64,000 bases of DNA from Promethearchaeota archaeon (GCA_020343655.1 CP070805.1:1742458-1806457); one strand, 5' to 3'; shown: positions 38,251 to 50,160, counted from the stretch's first letter. The notes: generated by a model from the sequence alone, not told the origin. A program made the numbers and translations.

Positions 38251-39402
38251 ATGAAAGAAACCTCTCATAAAGTTTCTAAAGCCCCAAAATCAGCTATTAG
38301 AGAATTGTTTGATCTTGCTTTAAGTCGTTCAGATGTTATTAGTCTCGGGATTGGGCAACCAGATTTTACAACACCCGAACCAGCGATACAAGGAAATATA
38401 AATGCATTGAAAAAAAATATTACTATGTATGCTCCAACTAGAGGAGTTCCAGAGTTATTAGAATTAGTAGAGAAAAAAATAAACAAAATTAATAATATCA
38501 AAGCCAATTGGAAAGATAATATTATTATTACTAATGGAGGTAGTCAGGCTATTACTTTAGCTTTTGCTTCAATATTTAACCCCGGAGATGAAATGATTAT
38601 TTGTTCACCAAATTTTGTTTCCTACTTTTACTGCGCTTTATTTTTTGGTGTTAAAGTAATAGAGGTTGAACGAAATAAAGATTTTAGTCTTAATATTGAA
38701 AAAATAAGAAATTCAGTTACAATTAAAACTAAAGCAATGCTGATCAATACTCCAAATAATCCTACTGGTCATGCTCTAAGTCTAACAGAGTTAAAAGAAA
38801 TTGTAGATATTATCATCAAAAATGATTTGTATTTAATCACAGATGAAGTTTATGAAAATTACATTTACGATGGATTAATACATATAAGTCCTGCTTCTCT
38901 AAATGGTATGTTTGAAAGAACTATTACCGTGAATGCAATGTCAAAATTATTCTCAGCTACTGGTTTTAGATTAGGTTATGTTGTTGCTTCAAAAGAAATT
39001 ATAGATTTAATGGAGAAATATCACCAATATACCGTGGCAGGAACTAATCATCCTGCCCAGTATGGCTTTATTGAAGCGTTAAAAATGGGAACTGATTTTT
39101 TTAAGGAAATTTGGGAGAGTTTTGATAAAAGACGAAATTTTGTGTATAATAGATTAAACGAGATTGGATTTGACATAATAAAACCACGGGGAGCATTTTA
39201 CATAATGCCCTCAACTGAAAAATTCAATTTGAGCGGGACAAAATTCTCAAGAGATATTATGAAAGAAAAAGCTGTAGCAATTGTACCAGGAGGAATTTTT
39301 GGATCCTTTTCACATTATATGATACGAATATCTTACGCTACAGAAATGAAGAAACTTAGTGAAGCCATGGAGAGAATTGAGAAATTTGTACAAAATTTAT
39401 AA
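38251..39402 (+). CDS. class I/II pyridoxal-phosphate aminotransferase (aspartate aminotransferase-like)
   Basis: TPNNPTGHAL, and PLP-lysine region NAMSKLFSATGFRLGY; 383 aa. Confidence 0.85.
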   Translation: MKETSHKVSKAPKSAIRELFDLALSRSDVISLGIGQPDFTTPEPAIQGNINALKKNITMYAPTRGVPELLELVEKKINKINNIKANWKDNIIITNGGSQAITLAFASIFNPGDEMIICSPNFVSYFYCALFFGVKVIEVERNKDFSLNIEKIRNSVTIKTKAMLINTPNNPTGHALSLTELKEIVDIIIKNDLYLITDEVYENYIYDGLIHISPASLNGMFERTITVNAMSKLFSATGFRLGYVVASKEIIDLMEKYHQYTVAGTNHPAQYGFIEALKMGTDFFKEIWESFDKRRNFVYNRLNEIGFDIIKPRGAFYIMPSTEKFNLSGTKFSRDIMKEKAVAIVPGGIFGSFSHYMIRISYATEMKKLSEAMERIEKFVQNL

Positions 39403-39458
39403 TCTCAATTTTTCGAAACAATAAGAATATTAAATTAAACATAATCAACAAAATTTGG

Positions 39459-41768
<2,310 letters not shown>

Positions 41769-41851
41769 TCAAATTATAACTATCTACATATCACATGTGA
41801 ATAAAGTAATGATGGTTTATTTTCTTTTTCTTTAATTTTTATAATTGTTTG

Positions 41852-42661
41852 TTATAAGTGCTTTTGAGAAATTTCAATGTTTAAACGTTCTTCTAAAAAC
41901 TTTTTAAATGATTCTAAAATTTCTTTTTGTCTTAGTGCTTTGTTCTTATTTTGTTTCACAAAGATTTTTCTTAATTTTATAATCTTTTTCTTTAAGTTGA
42001 TATGATGAGCGTTAAGTAAGAGTTTTCCAACATAAATTCTTGTGGTTTTGTCTAGAGATTCATTATCCACATTCGAAAATTGATCTACAATTGTACTTCT
42101 TAATTCACGCCTTAAAACATCCATTTTCTCTATAATACTATCTAATAGATCATCAATTACTCCATTTAGATCCGATATTTGTGAGAGATCATATGTAGCT
42201 TCCGCAAAATCCCAATTATATTTATTGAATTTATCAAATTTTTCATTAATTTTGTCAATTACTGTGCTTGGAATAGGTTCCCCTCGATTTTTATTCCACT
42301 TCATACAGATTTCAATAGGTGTTGCTATATGAACTATAAAAAAGCTTAAATTTAGAGTGTTAGCGATCTCTCTTAAATCATGCCTCATACTAGAATAGTA
42401 GTTTAAATCATCACTAATCACAATATTTCCTTTTTCTAACTCCTCTCTTATTATTTTCAGATTTCTAAGTCTAACCAAATGTTCTTTTTCATGAATAAAT
42501 TTATCTGGAGTTATTATCTGTCTAATTATATCTGGATCAATAATTTTAACATCCAGATTATTAAACCTTCTCTTGAGAGCAATTTTTAATGTATTTGCAA
42601 ATGTGCTTTTACCAGAAGCAGGTAATCCTACTAAACAAACTAAAAAATTTTGGTTGGTCAA
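41852..42661 (-). CDS. pstK: O-phosphoseryl-tRNA(Sec) kinase / KTI12-family P-loop kinase
   Basis: P-loop GLPASGKSTF. DDLNYYSSMRHDL and RGEPIP...KFD...KYNWD closely parallel archaeal PSTK as I recall it. The paralogous KTI12 assignment cannot be excluded. Confidence 0.65.
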   Translation of the reverse strand: MTNQNFLVCLVGLPASGKSTFANTLKIALKRRFNNLDVKIIDPDIIRQIITPDKFIHEKEHLVRLRNLKIIREELEKGNIVISDDLNYYSSMRHDLREIANTLNLSFFIVHIATPIEICMKWNKNRGEPIPSTVIDKINEKFDKFNKYNWDFAEATYDLSQISDLNGVIDDLLDSIIEKMDVLRRELRSTIVDQFSNVDNESLDKTTRIYVGKLLLNAHHINLKKKIIKLRKIFVKQNKNKALRQKEILESFKKFLEERLNIEISQKHL

Positions 42662-42673
42662 GAATCAATTCAT

Positions 42674-42949
42674 CTAATTTGCTTTAATATTTATAGTCTT
42701 TATTAGTTCTCTCTTCTGTTGCTTAGAAAAAGATTTTATTTGCAATTCTCTTCTCATTGCCTCCTTTCTATTTTGAAATGTTTCAAAATATTTTAACTCT
42801 ATATGTTTTCTCCCACGACAAAATTTAGCCCCTGTTCCACACCGGTGTTCATGCCATCTCCTATAGAGATTGCTGGTGTATCCTGTGTAATAACTTTTTC
42901 TTCCAGTCTTCGCAATAACCTCTAAAATATATACATAGAATACAACCAT
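42674..42949 (-). CDS. GIY-YIG domain small nuclease-like protein (UPF0213-like)
   Basis: YVYILE...YYTGYTSNLYRRWHEH...; 91 aa. Confidence 0.75.
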   Translation of the reverse strand: MVVFYVYILEVIAKTGRKSYYTGYTSNLYRRWHEHRCGTGAKFCRGRKHIELKYFETFQNRKEAMRRELQIKSFSKQQKRELIKTINIKAN

Positions 42950-43161
42950 ATTAAATCCTCTATGTGATAAATCAATATCGTCTTATTTATTTTTTTAGGT
43001 AATTTCTGTAAGTATAGTTAAATTTTACCCTTTTGCGGTCAAACATATATTATATCGATATCATAATTGATTAATTAAGTAAATAAAAATTAAATTAATA
43101 ATAATAAAAGACTATTTAATTATTAGGATTAAAACTAGATTGCATTAAAATTAAGATTGAT

Positions 43162-43797
43162 ATGCCTACAGGGATCTTTCTAATTCGTTGGGATGAGGTT
43201 GAAGGAGGTAAAATCTATTTAAAATACCCAGAAAATCTAGAAATCCCGAATCCAGTAGTGCAACAAATAACAATATCGCATAACTTTACGGAATCTTATA
43301 TTATTACAGAAGAGAAGAACTGGAATTCTGTATCTTATTATAATGAAAATAAGGAAATGATTATCGTTCTAGTTTTAAGTAGGTACGATGATGGTAATGA
43401 TTATTTAGAAATTCTCGAAAAATTTAATAAAGAAATTGATAAAGAAACGGAACATGAGAAAATAAAAGAACATTTAGAAACCATGTTTCATATTAGTTTA
43501 GATGCCTTCCGTACCACTGATGAAGTAATAACAAAATTAAGCAATGAAGTTGCATATTTAAAGACAAAAGAGTATGATTATGAAGTAAAATTCGATTTTA
43601 TTACAAAATTGAATCATTTGTCTGTAAAAAGTAAAATCCTATTTTTATTAACGATAAATGATTATCTTACTCTTAAAGATTTTGAGAAATCAATAAAAAC
43701 AAGTAAAAAGTGGTTATTTAATGTCCTTGAAACATTGATAAAAAATGAAGTTGTTGGATACAACTCTAAGAAAAATATTTATTATTTGAATGTATGA
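43162..43797 (+). CDS. hypothetical protein, N-terminal alpha/beta (longin-like?) region plus C-terminal winged-helix
   Basis: 211 aa. C-terminal SKILFLLTINDYLTLKDFEKSIKTSKKWLFNVLETLIKNEVV looks like a wHTH. The stop overlaps the acyP start (ATGA). Confidence 0.4.
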   Translation: MPTGIFLIRWDEVEGGKIYLKYPENLEIPNPVVQQITISHNFTESYIITEEKNWNSVSYYNENKEMIIVLVLSRYDDGNDYLEILEKFNKEIDKETEHEKIKEHLETMFHISLDAFRTTDEVITKLSNEVAYLKTKEYDYEVKFDFITKLNHLSVKSKILFLLTINDYLTLKDFEKSIKTSKKWLFNVLETLIKNEVVGYNSKKNIYYLNV

Positions 43798-44072
43798 AGG
43801 AGTCTAAAATAATAATAAAAGTTTTTGGATACGTTCAAGGCGTGTTTTTTCGGTATACTACTCGAAAGGTTGCCCGAAATTTAGGTTTAACGGGATATGT
43901 TAAAAATATGCCTGACGGTACTGTATATATCGAAGCAGAAGGTCCTAATGATAAATTACTTGAGCTTTTAGAATTTTCGAAAAAAGGACCTAGGCACGCT
44001 CACGTAGAAAGAGTTGAACATAAATTTACTCAACCTACAAATGAATTTGAAGGATTTGATTATGCATTTTAA
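43794..44072 (+). CDS. acyP: acylphosphatase
   Basis: VFGYVQGVFFRYTTRKVARNLGLTGYVKNMPDGTV signature; 92 aa. Confidence 0.88.
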   Translation: MKESKIIIKVFGYVQGVFFRYTTRKVARNLGLTGYVKNMPDGTVYIEAEGPNDKLLELLEFSKKGPRHAHVERVEHKFTQPTNEFEGFDYAF

Positions 44073-44164
44073 ATTACCCATTATAAATTTATTTTGATAA
44101 TCCAATTGATAATAATATCCTAGTAACACTTTCTTTCAATAACGAATATCTAAATTCTATATTT

Positions 44165-44503
44165 ATGTCGGTTTCCTTAAAACAAAATAAATATTTAAGG
44201 ATATTTCAATCCTTACAGCATAATAAAATTAAATTTCAAACACCTTTAATTTTAAGAATGTTTGGAGCATTGAACAAAATTAATATGAGAAATGAAAATA
44301 GGTATATTTTATGTAATTTCCTTGACCAACATAGTGATAGATTAGGTCTAGGTGATGATATTTACGAAATCAATAATGATAAAACACTTAATCAACTATT
44401 TCTATTAGCCTTTAATAAAGCTAAAAAATTTAAACTGGTTGAAGCATTATATAATGAATACATCAATTCTATTAATGCAATTAATAGGAAAAAGCCAATT
44501 TAA
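44165..44503 (+). CDS. hypothetical protein
   Basis: 112-aa ORF with no recognised domain. Confidence 0.3.
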   Translation: MSVSLKQNKYLRIFQSLQHNKIKFQTPLILRMFGALNKINMRNENRYILCNFLDQHSDRLGLGDDIYEINNDKTLNQLFLLAFNKAKKFKLVEALYNEYINSINAINRKKPI

Positions 44504-44698
44504 ATTAGATGTTATCTCTGGAATCTTTACAGCAGTTAAAATAAATTACGAAAAATGGGCAAATATGCTGTAAGAACTCGCAGAAAAGATTAGAAAAAGT
44601 TATCCTAGACCTTATCAATTGATGAGAACAGTTGCTTTTCTAAAAATGAGAAAATAATAAATTAAATTGATTAGAATATATTTTTACTATTCCAAATT

Positions 44699-45382
44699 TT
44701 AAATAAAGGTAATATCTTGATATTCAGAATCTCCAATATCTTTTTTAGCTACACCTAAATCTCTAACTTGTTGATTTAATTTCAAAACAGCCTCCCTTAC
44801 AATTTCTTTTTGTTTTGCACCAGTGCAAACTATGCGTCCTGTGCTGAATATTAGAAAAACTGTCTTAGGATCTTGCATTCTATAAATAAGTCCAGGGAAC
44901 ACTTCTGGTTCATACATGGCATATTCCATCACGATTGCAGCCATGTTTAAGTCAATGTTGGTATGAAGATCACCCGAAGCTACGATATTTTGAATCGTAA
45001 TTTCTGGATTGGATAATTTTATTCCTGCTTTTCTAATGTTTTTTACTACCTTATCTACAACCCGTTCTGCTTCTGCTGCTTGTCTAAGACCTGTAACAAC
45101 CATTTTTCCAGTTGAAAAAATTAAAATAGTAGCACGTGGCTTTTCAATTCGCATTACGAGACCAGGGAACCGTTCTGGATTATACTCTACCTCTGCATGT
45201 CGTCTTGCTATTTGATTTAAATCAATTTTTTCTGTAATCTCTACTGTTACTGTTGCGACTACGTTTTCGATTTTATAATCTAAATCAGTTTCATAATCAT
45301 ATTCTCCTTCTTCCCCTTCTTCTCCTTCCTCCTCTTCTTCTTCAAGTTCGTCATATTCGTCTTCAAATTCTTCTTCTGACAT
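44699..45382 (-). CDS. tbp: TATA-box binding protein with about 37-aa acidic N-terminal extension
   Basis: Two TBP repeats (IENVVATV...FPGLVMRI...ILIFSTGKMVVTG and IQNIVASGDL...FPGLIYRM...FLIFSTGRIVCTGAK), preceded by MSEEEFEDEYDELEEEEEEGEEGEEGEYDYETD. Confidence 0.92.
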   Translation of the reverse strand: MSEEEFEDEYDELEEEEEEGEEGEEGEYDYETDLDYKIENVVATVTVEITEKIDLNQIARRHAEVEYNPERFPGLVMRIEKPRATILIFSTGKMVVTGLRQAAEAERVVDKVVKNIRKAGIKLSNPEITIQNIVASGDLHTNIDLNMAAIVMEYAMYEPEVFPGLIYRMQDPKTVFLIFSTGRIVCTGAKQKEIVREAVLKLNQQVRDLGVAKKDIGDSEYQDITFI

Positions 45383-45615
45383 GATAATTATGAGTGATAA
45401 TTATGATTAAAAAATTGAAAAATTAAATTATTCTTTATTTCAAGGTTTTTTTGTTAATTTTATTTAAATAAATCTTCCTTTATAAAGGTGGTAGATTTAA
45501 AAAAGATTAGTGCCAAAATCACCGATTTTTAATAGTTATTAAGTTATTTAAAATTCTTTTCTATCTAAAAATTAATAAAGAAAAAGTAATAGACTAAAAA
45601 TCTTTTAAAAAATTT

Positions 45616-46143
45616 CTAAATACTTGAAATCTGATCTAGAATTCTTTTCGTTAATTCTATAAATGCCTCTTCAACATTTTGGCCAGTTTTAGCTGATGTA
45701 ATAATCAATCCCATATTATGTGCATTTGAGTATTCAATTGCTTCATTTTTAGTTATTTTTATTTGGTTTTCTAGATCAGATTTATTCCCAATTAGTATTA
45801 TAGGAGCATCATCTCTTGCATCTTTAAAACTTTGGACCCAATCATCAAGTTTTTCAAAAGTTTTAATTTTAGTTGTATCGTAAACTAATAAAGCTCCATT
45901 AGCACCCTCAAGATAGAGTCTTCTTAATGATTTAAACGATTCTTGTCCTCCGAGATCCCATATTTGAGCAGAAACTTCACCATAGCCTGATATATTCATA
46001 TCCTTCTTTAGAAGGTTAACTCCTAATGTTGATTTGTAATTTTCTCTAAATTTGTTTTCGATCCATCTATAAACCAAAGATGTTTTACCTACATTTGCCT
46101 CTCCAAGAAGTACTATTTTAATAATATATGTTGGTTCGCTCAT
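45616..46143 (-). CDS. Ras/Rab-like small GTPase
   Basis: G1 GEANVGKTS, G3 WDLGGQE, G4 GNKSDL, G5 TSAKTGQNVEEAF. Confidence 0.88.
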   Translation of the reverse strand: MSEPTYIIKIVLLGEANVGKTSLVYRWIENKFRENYKSTLGVNLLKKDMNISGYGEVSAQIWDLGGQESFKSLRRLYLEGANGALLVYDTTKIKTFEKLDDWVQSFKDARDDAPIILIGNKSDLENQIKITKNEAIEYSNAHNMGLIITSAKTGQNVEEAFIELTKRILDQISSI

Positions 46144-46292
46144 TGTTAATCATACAATATAAAACATACAATTTTATTTTATATTCTAAGTATAGTTTAT
46201 AATTATTAATAATTTTCTAATAACACTTCAAAATTAAAAATTAACCTTTTAATTAAGTAAAAAAATTACTAATGAAAAAATTGTAATGATTA

Positions 46293-46772
46293 TTAGTCTT
46301 TTTGGAATACGAGCATAAATTCACAATAATTCTGCCCTGTTTGTAGACTACATCCAAGTTCTTGAGCAAAACAATGACGATCACTTAATTTTTCTACAAC
46401 TCCTGCTAATAATCCAGCTTCAAATGAACAAAAGCTTCCTGATGTTTTAATTCCTTTTTTTATTAAATCTTTTATAGAAGAATGATCTTTTAGTTTTAAT
46501 TGTAATATTTCTTCTGTACTTTCAGTTATTTCAGCTGAACCAAGATTAAATTCAGCAATAATTCGTTTTAATTCATCTGGAATTTGAGATATATCTTTAA
46601 CTGGTTTAATTTTTAAGATAGTTCCTAGTTCATGTCCTAAATAGTAAAAAATCGCTTCTAGTTGGTGACCTAGAGCTAATAGAGCCCCAACTTTCATATC
46701 TCCTATAGATTTGCCATCTTTTAAATTCTTTCTCATCTGAGCTAGAATTTTGGAGAGTAATTGTCTATCCAT
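46293..46772 (-). CDS. V4R domain protein
   Basis: 159 aa. C-terminal SGSFCSFEAGLLAGVVEKLSDRHCFAQELGCSLQTGQNYCEFMLVF fits the V4R Cys pattern. Confidence 0.65.
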   Translation of the reverse strand: MDRQLLSKILAQMRKNLKDGKSIGDMKVGALLALGHQLEAIFYYLGHELGTILKIKPVKDISQIPDELKRIIAEFNLGSAEITESTEEILQLKLKDHSSIKDLIKKGIKTSGSFCSFEAGLLAGVVEKLSDRHCFAQELGCSLQTGQNYCEFMLVFQKD

Positions 46773-46827
46773 TAATTTTCACTTTATTTTTATTTTTTTA
46801 TAAATTTTATTTATCTTTATTTAAAAA

Positions 46828-47127
46828 TTATATTTTAACTGAAGATATAAACGCATAAAGAATCGCATCTATAATTTCTTCTTCTTGTATATTTAGAGAA
46901 AGTCTTTTATCTGCTATAATTAAAGTGGGAACTGAAGTGATACGATACTCTTGTGTAAACTGACGATTATCTTCCAAGTCAATCGAAATTTTTTCTATTC
47001 TCAATTTTTTTCCGAACAGGGATATATTTATTCTTTTTAACATATCTTCTACTGGTTTGCAAGGTGCACAATGATTTGAAGAGAAAAATAAAATTTTGGG
47101 ATATCCTTGATTGATATCATCATACAT
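46828..47127 (-). CDS. thioredoxin-like protein
   Basis: 99 aa. CAPC active-site-like motif after a beta strand (ILFFSSNHCAPCKP) and a cis-Pro-like SVPTLII. Confidence 0.6.
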   Translation of the reverse strand: MYDDINQGYPKILFFSSNHCAPCKPVEDMLKRINISLFGKKLRIEKISIDLEDNRQFTQEYRITSVPTLIIADKRLSLNIQEEEIIDAILYAFISSVKI

Positions 47128-47130
47128 TTT

Positions 47131-47670
47131 CTATTCTTCTTTATATTTGTAGTATAATTCTTTTATAATTGCTTGGAATGCTTCATACACTCCACTTCCT
47201 GTCTTCGCACTTGTCTTATAATATCCAAGGAAACCTCTATCTTCAACTATTTCTTTTACCATTTCATCATCTAAATCTTTTTCATCAACCAAATCAGTTT
47301 TATTACCAAACAAAACAATCGGTAGATCTCCTGTGTATTTTTTAATATCTTCATGCCATTCCTCTATATGATTAAAGCTATCATCATCAGTATGCGAAAA
47401 AACTATAATTGCTGCCTTACTACCCTTATAGAAGGTAGGACGCATGAAATCGAATTCTCGTTGACCAGCAATATCCCAAAAAAATAATTTGCAATTATCT
47501 CCCTCAATTTCTTCATCATATTTCGAAAACTGGGCCCCTAACGTCTTAATATAATCCTTCTGAAAACTACCTTGAGTATATTTTTTAATTAAGGAAGTTT
47601 TCCCTACTGCCCCATCACCAATTACAGTTATTTTAAATACGAATCCTTTAGTAACATCATCCTTTCCCAT
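47131..47670 (-). CDS. Ras/Rab-like small GTPase
   Basis: G1 GDGAVGKTS, G3 WDIAGQREF, G4 GNKTDL, G5 TSAKTGSGVYEAF. Confidence 0.88.
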   Translation of the reverse strand: MGKDDVTKGFVFKITVIGDGAVGKTSLIKKYTQGSFQKDYIKTLGAQFSKYDEEIEGDNCKLFFWDIAGQREFDFMRPTFYKGSKAAIIVFSHTDDDSFNHIEEWHEDIKKYTGDLPIVLFGNKTDLVDEKDLDDEMVKEIVEDRGFLGYYKTSAKTGSGVYEAFQAIIKELYYKYKEE

Positions 47671-47820
47671 TTAAATCACTTTAATGGTTTTTTTAGTTCA
47701 ATTCTGTTATTAATGCAATATATTTCAAAAGTATACAAATATTATTTTTTTATTTATTTTTATTTGTTATTAATTTATAATAATAATAACAACTCGCTTT
47801 AAAATTTTACATTGAGTTAG

Positions 47821-48267
47821 ATGGTTCAAGATCCAAACAATATGATGTTTTGTGAAAGTTGTAGGATGAATGTTTATCCAACAAGACAGAGATTTAATAT
47901 TAAAATATTTGGAATTTTTGCTATTCTTATGCTGAGTTTATTTATCTCAATTACTATCGTTTCTTTCTCAATTTTTTCAGAAATTTTTCTAATTATTTTT
48001 ATCATGTGGGGATTTATGATACTCAATCCATATCTTTTATATTACGGATTACAGAAAAAGCAACATTGTCCGAGATGCCTTAAAAGAACTGTTGAGAAGA
48101 ACTTAGAATATAAACCTTTTGGAGTTAAAGAACCAGAAATTTATAAAATTTTAGCCCCTAGTAAAACATCTTTAATAATCTGGCACTGTCCATATTGTGG
48201 TACTCCATTAAGTGAACGAGCAAAATTTTGCAGGTCATGTGGGAAAAAATTTGAAATTCAAAGGTAA
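47821..48267 (+). CDS. membrane protein with N- and C-terminal zinc ribbons
   Basis: CESC at the N-terminus, two TM helices, then CPRC...CPYC...CRSC. Confidence 0.5.
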   Translation: MVQDPNNMMFCESCRMNVYPTRQRFNIKIFGIFAILMLSLFISITIVSFSIFSEIFLIIFIMWGFMILNPYLLYYGLQKKQHCPRCLKRTVEKNLEYKPFGVKEPEIYKILAPSKTSLIIWHCPYCGTPLSERAKFCRSCGKKFEIQR

Positions 48268-48275
48268 TTGAATTT

Positions 48276-48761
48276 ATGGGTATTTTAGAGAGAATAGAGA
48301 AAATAATTCGTAAATTATCTGATAGAAATAAGCAGATTGCCGTTGCTGAGTCGTGTACAGGAGGATACATTTCTCATATGTTTACTAATATATCTGGAGC
48401 ATCCAAAGTTTTTGAAAGAGGAATTGTGTGTTATAGTAATCAGGCAAAAATAGATTTATTAAATGTAGATCCTAAGGTTATTGAGAAATATGGAGCTGTA
48501 TCAGATAATGTTGTTAAACAATTAACTTATAATATAAGAGTGCTTTCTAAAGTTGATATTGGAATAGGAATTAGTGGTATTGCTGGGCCAAAAGGTGGGA
48601 CTCCAGAAAAGCCAGTTGGTCTTGTATTTATCGGTTTTTCAACTGAGAGACAAACAATTACACAGAAATACAATATTAAGGCCGAACGCATCACTTTTAA
48701 AGAAGAAGTATTAGAAAAAATAGTACAATTCTTAGAAGAATTACTCCAAAAGGAATTTTAA
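48276..48761 (+). CDS. CinA C-terminal domain protein (nicotinamide-nucleotide amidase PncC-like)
   Basis: AVAESCTGGYISHMFTNISGASKVFERGIVCYSNQAK signature; 161 aa. Confidence 0.85.
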   Translation: MGILERIEKIIRKLSDRNKQIAVAESCTGGYISHMFTNISGASKVFERGIVCYSNQAKIDLLNVDPKVIEKYGAVSDNVVKQLTYNIRVLSKVDIGIGISGIAGPKGGTPEKPVGLVFIGFSTERQTITQKYNIKAERITFKEEVLEKIVQFLEELLQKEF

Positions 48762-48794
48762 AAAAACAAATTATTTTTGAATTTTTATGAGAGT

Positions 48795-49985
48795 TTATTT
48801 ATCAATTAATTTTCCATTTTCCATTATGTCCCTTTTGGAACCATCTATATATTCAACTGTTATATTAACTTTAGGAGCTGTAACAAAATCCCAGTGCATT
48901 AGAGAATTTGAAGTTCCTCCGAAATGGTTATTAGATCCAAAAGCAACGTGAACACTACCGTTAATCTTTTCATCTGTATTAATATAGCCAATTGCTTTGC
49001 TAATTATAGGGTTACACCCTATACCAAGCTCGCTAACGTTATATGTTCTTAGCTCTGGTAAATTCATTTCCCTATCAAGTTCTTCACGTTGTTTAAAACA
49101 AGAAATCAACTCTTCAATATCATTGTCTGCTGAGATTTTATCTATCAATAATTTACCATTTTTAAAGACAAGTTCAACATTTTTCAAAATCTTTTGACTA
49201 TAATATCGTACCTTTGTCAATGGACAAAATATTGTGCCCTCTCCTTGTTTTTCATGTGTAGCGAAAAAAACTTCACCAGCAGGTAAATTTCCTCCTAAAT
49301 CTCCTCGAGCAATCTGTTCATCTGAAAGTACTCCATCATCAAGATTTCTAACTCTATCCTCTATTGAAACCCAGAAATCTGTGCCAAAATCATCATTAAC
49401 GTACACTTTTTTAGCATTCTCAAAATGATTACCCACATCCTTGGTGATATTACTTAATTGTTCGGTTGGAATGCTCATACCGTCAACAATAAATTTTTCA
49501 AATAAATCATAATCAACATTATAGAAAGCTGCAGCCTTTTTCGAAGGCCATGTAGCATAACACCATTTCTTTCCTGGAGCATATTCTTTTTTCATTCCAT
49601 AGAGTATTTCTCTCCAAGCAGTTTCTGATTTTTGAAACGCTTTTAGTTTTTCTTTTGGTACATCATTACGAATAGAAGGATCCTCGAGTGGTTCTATTGT
49701 AATGTATGCATCTATATTTTCAAACATTTTTATATAATGTGATGGGATTATTCCAATTGTTTCAACCTTTATTTGATCGTCTTTAAATCTTGATTCATCA
49801 AAATAATCACTATACGAGAAAATGTGAGGAATCCCTCCTTTTCTAAGAACACTTAATCCTATTTCCTCGAGTAATTCATAACAATAGAAGCCACCTTTTA
49901 TGAGAACGAATTCACCCTTTTTCTTGATATTTATACTTCTTGCGATATTTTCAGCACATAATTTAATTTTTTCCTTAGGAATCAT
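48795..49985 (-). CDS. M29-family aminopeptidase (AmpS/PepS-like)
   Basis: 396 aa. GGNLPAGEVFFATHE and HVAFGSN motifs are typical of thermophilic metalloprotease M29. Confidence 0.7.
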   Translation of the reverse strand: MIPKEKIKLCAENIARSINIKKKGEFVLIKGGFYCYELLEEIGLSVLRKGGIPHIFSYSDYFDESRFKDDQIKVETIGIIPSHYIKMFENIDAYITIEPLEDPSIRNDVPKEKLKAFQKSETAWREILYGMKKEYAPGKKWCYATWPSKKAAAFYNVDYDLFEKFIVDGMSIPTEQLSNITKDVGNHFENAKKVYVNDDFGTDFWVSIEDRVRNLDDGVLSDEQIARGDLGGNLPAGEVFFATHEKQGEGTIFCPLTKVRYYSQKILKNVELVFKNGKLLIDKISADNDIEELISCFKQREELDREMNLPELRTYNVSELGIGCNPIISKAIGYINTDEKINGSVHVAFGSNNHFGGTSNSLMHWDFVTAPKVNITVEYIDGSKRDIMENGKLIDK

Positions 49986-50160
49986 ATCATAAAGAAATAT
50001 TGAATAAATAATATTTCTTATTAAATACCTAAATTAAAATCAGTTAGTTAAATAATCAAAGAATTTATTATAAAAAATCATTATAATTAAAATAGTGAAT
50101 TTATTATAGTTATGAAAGTTTATACGTAGAAACTCAAAATATTAATTTAATTTCATAATA

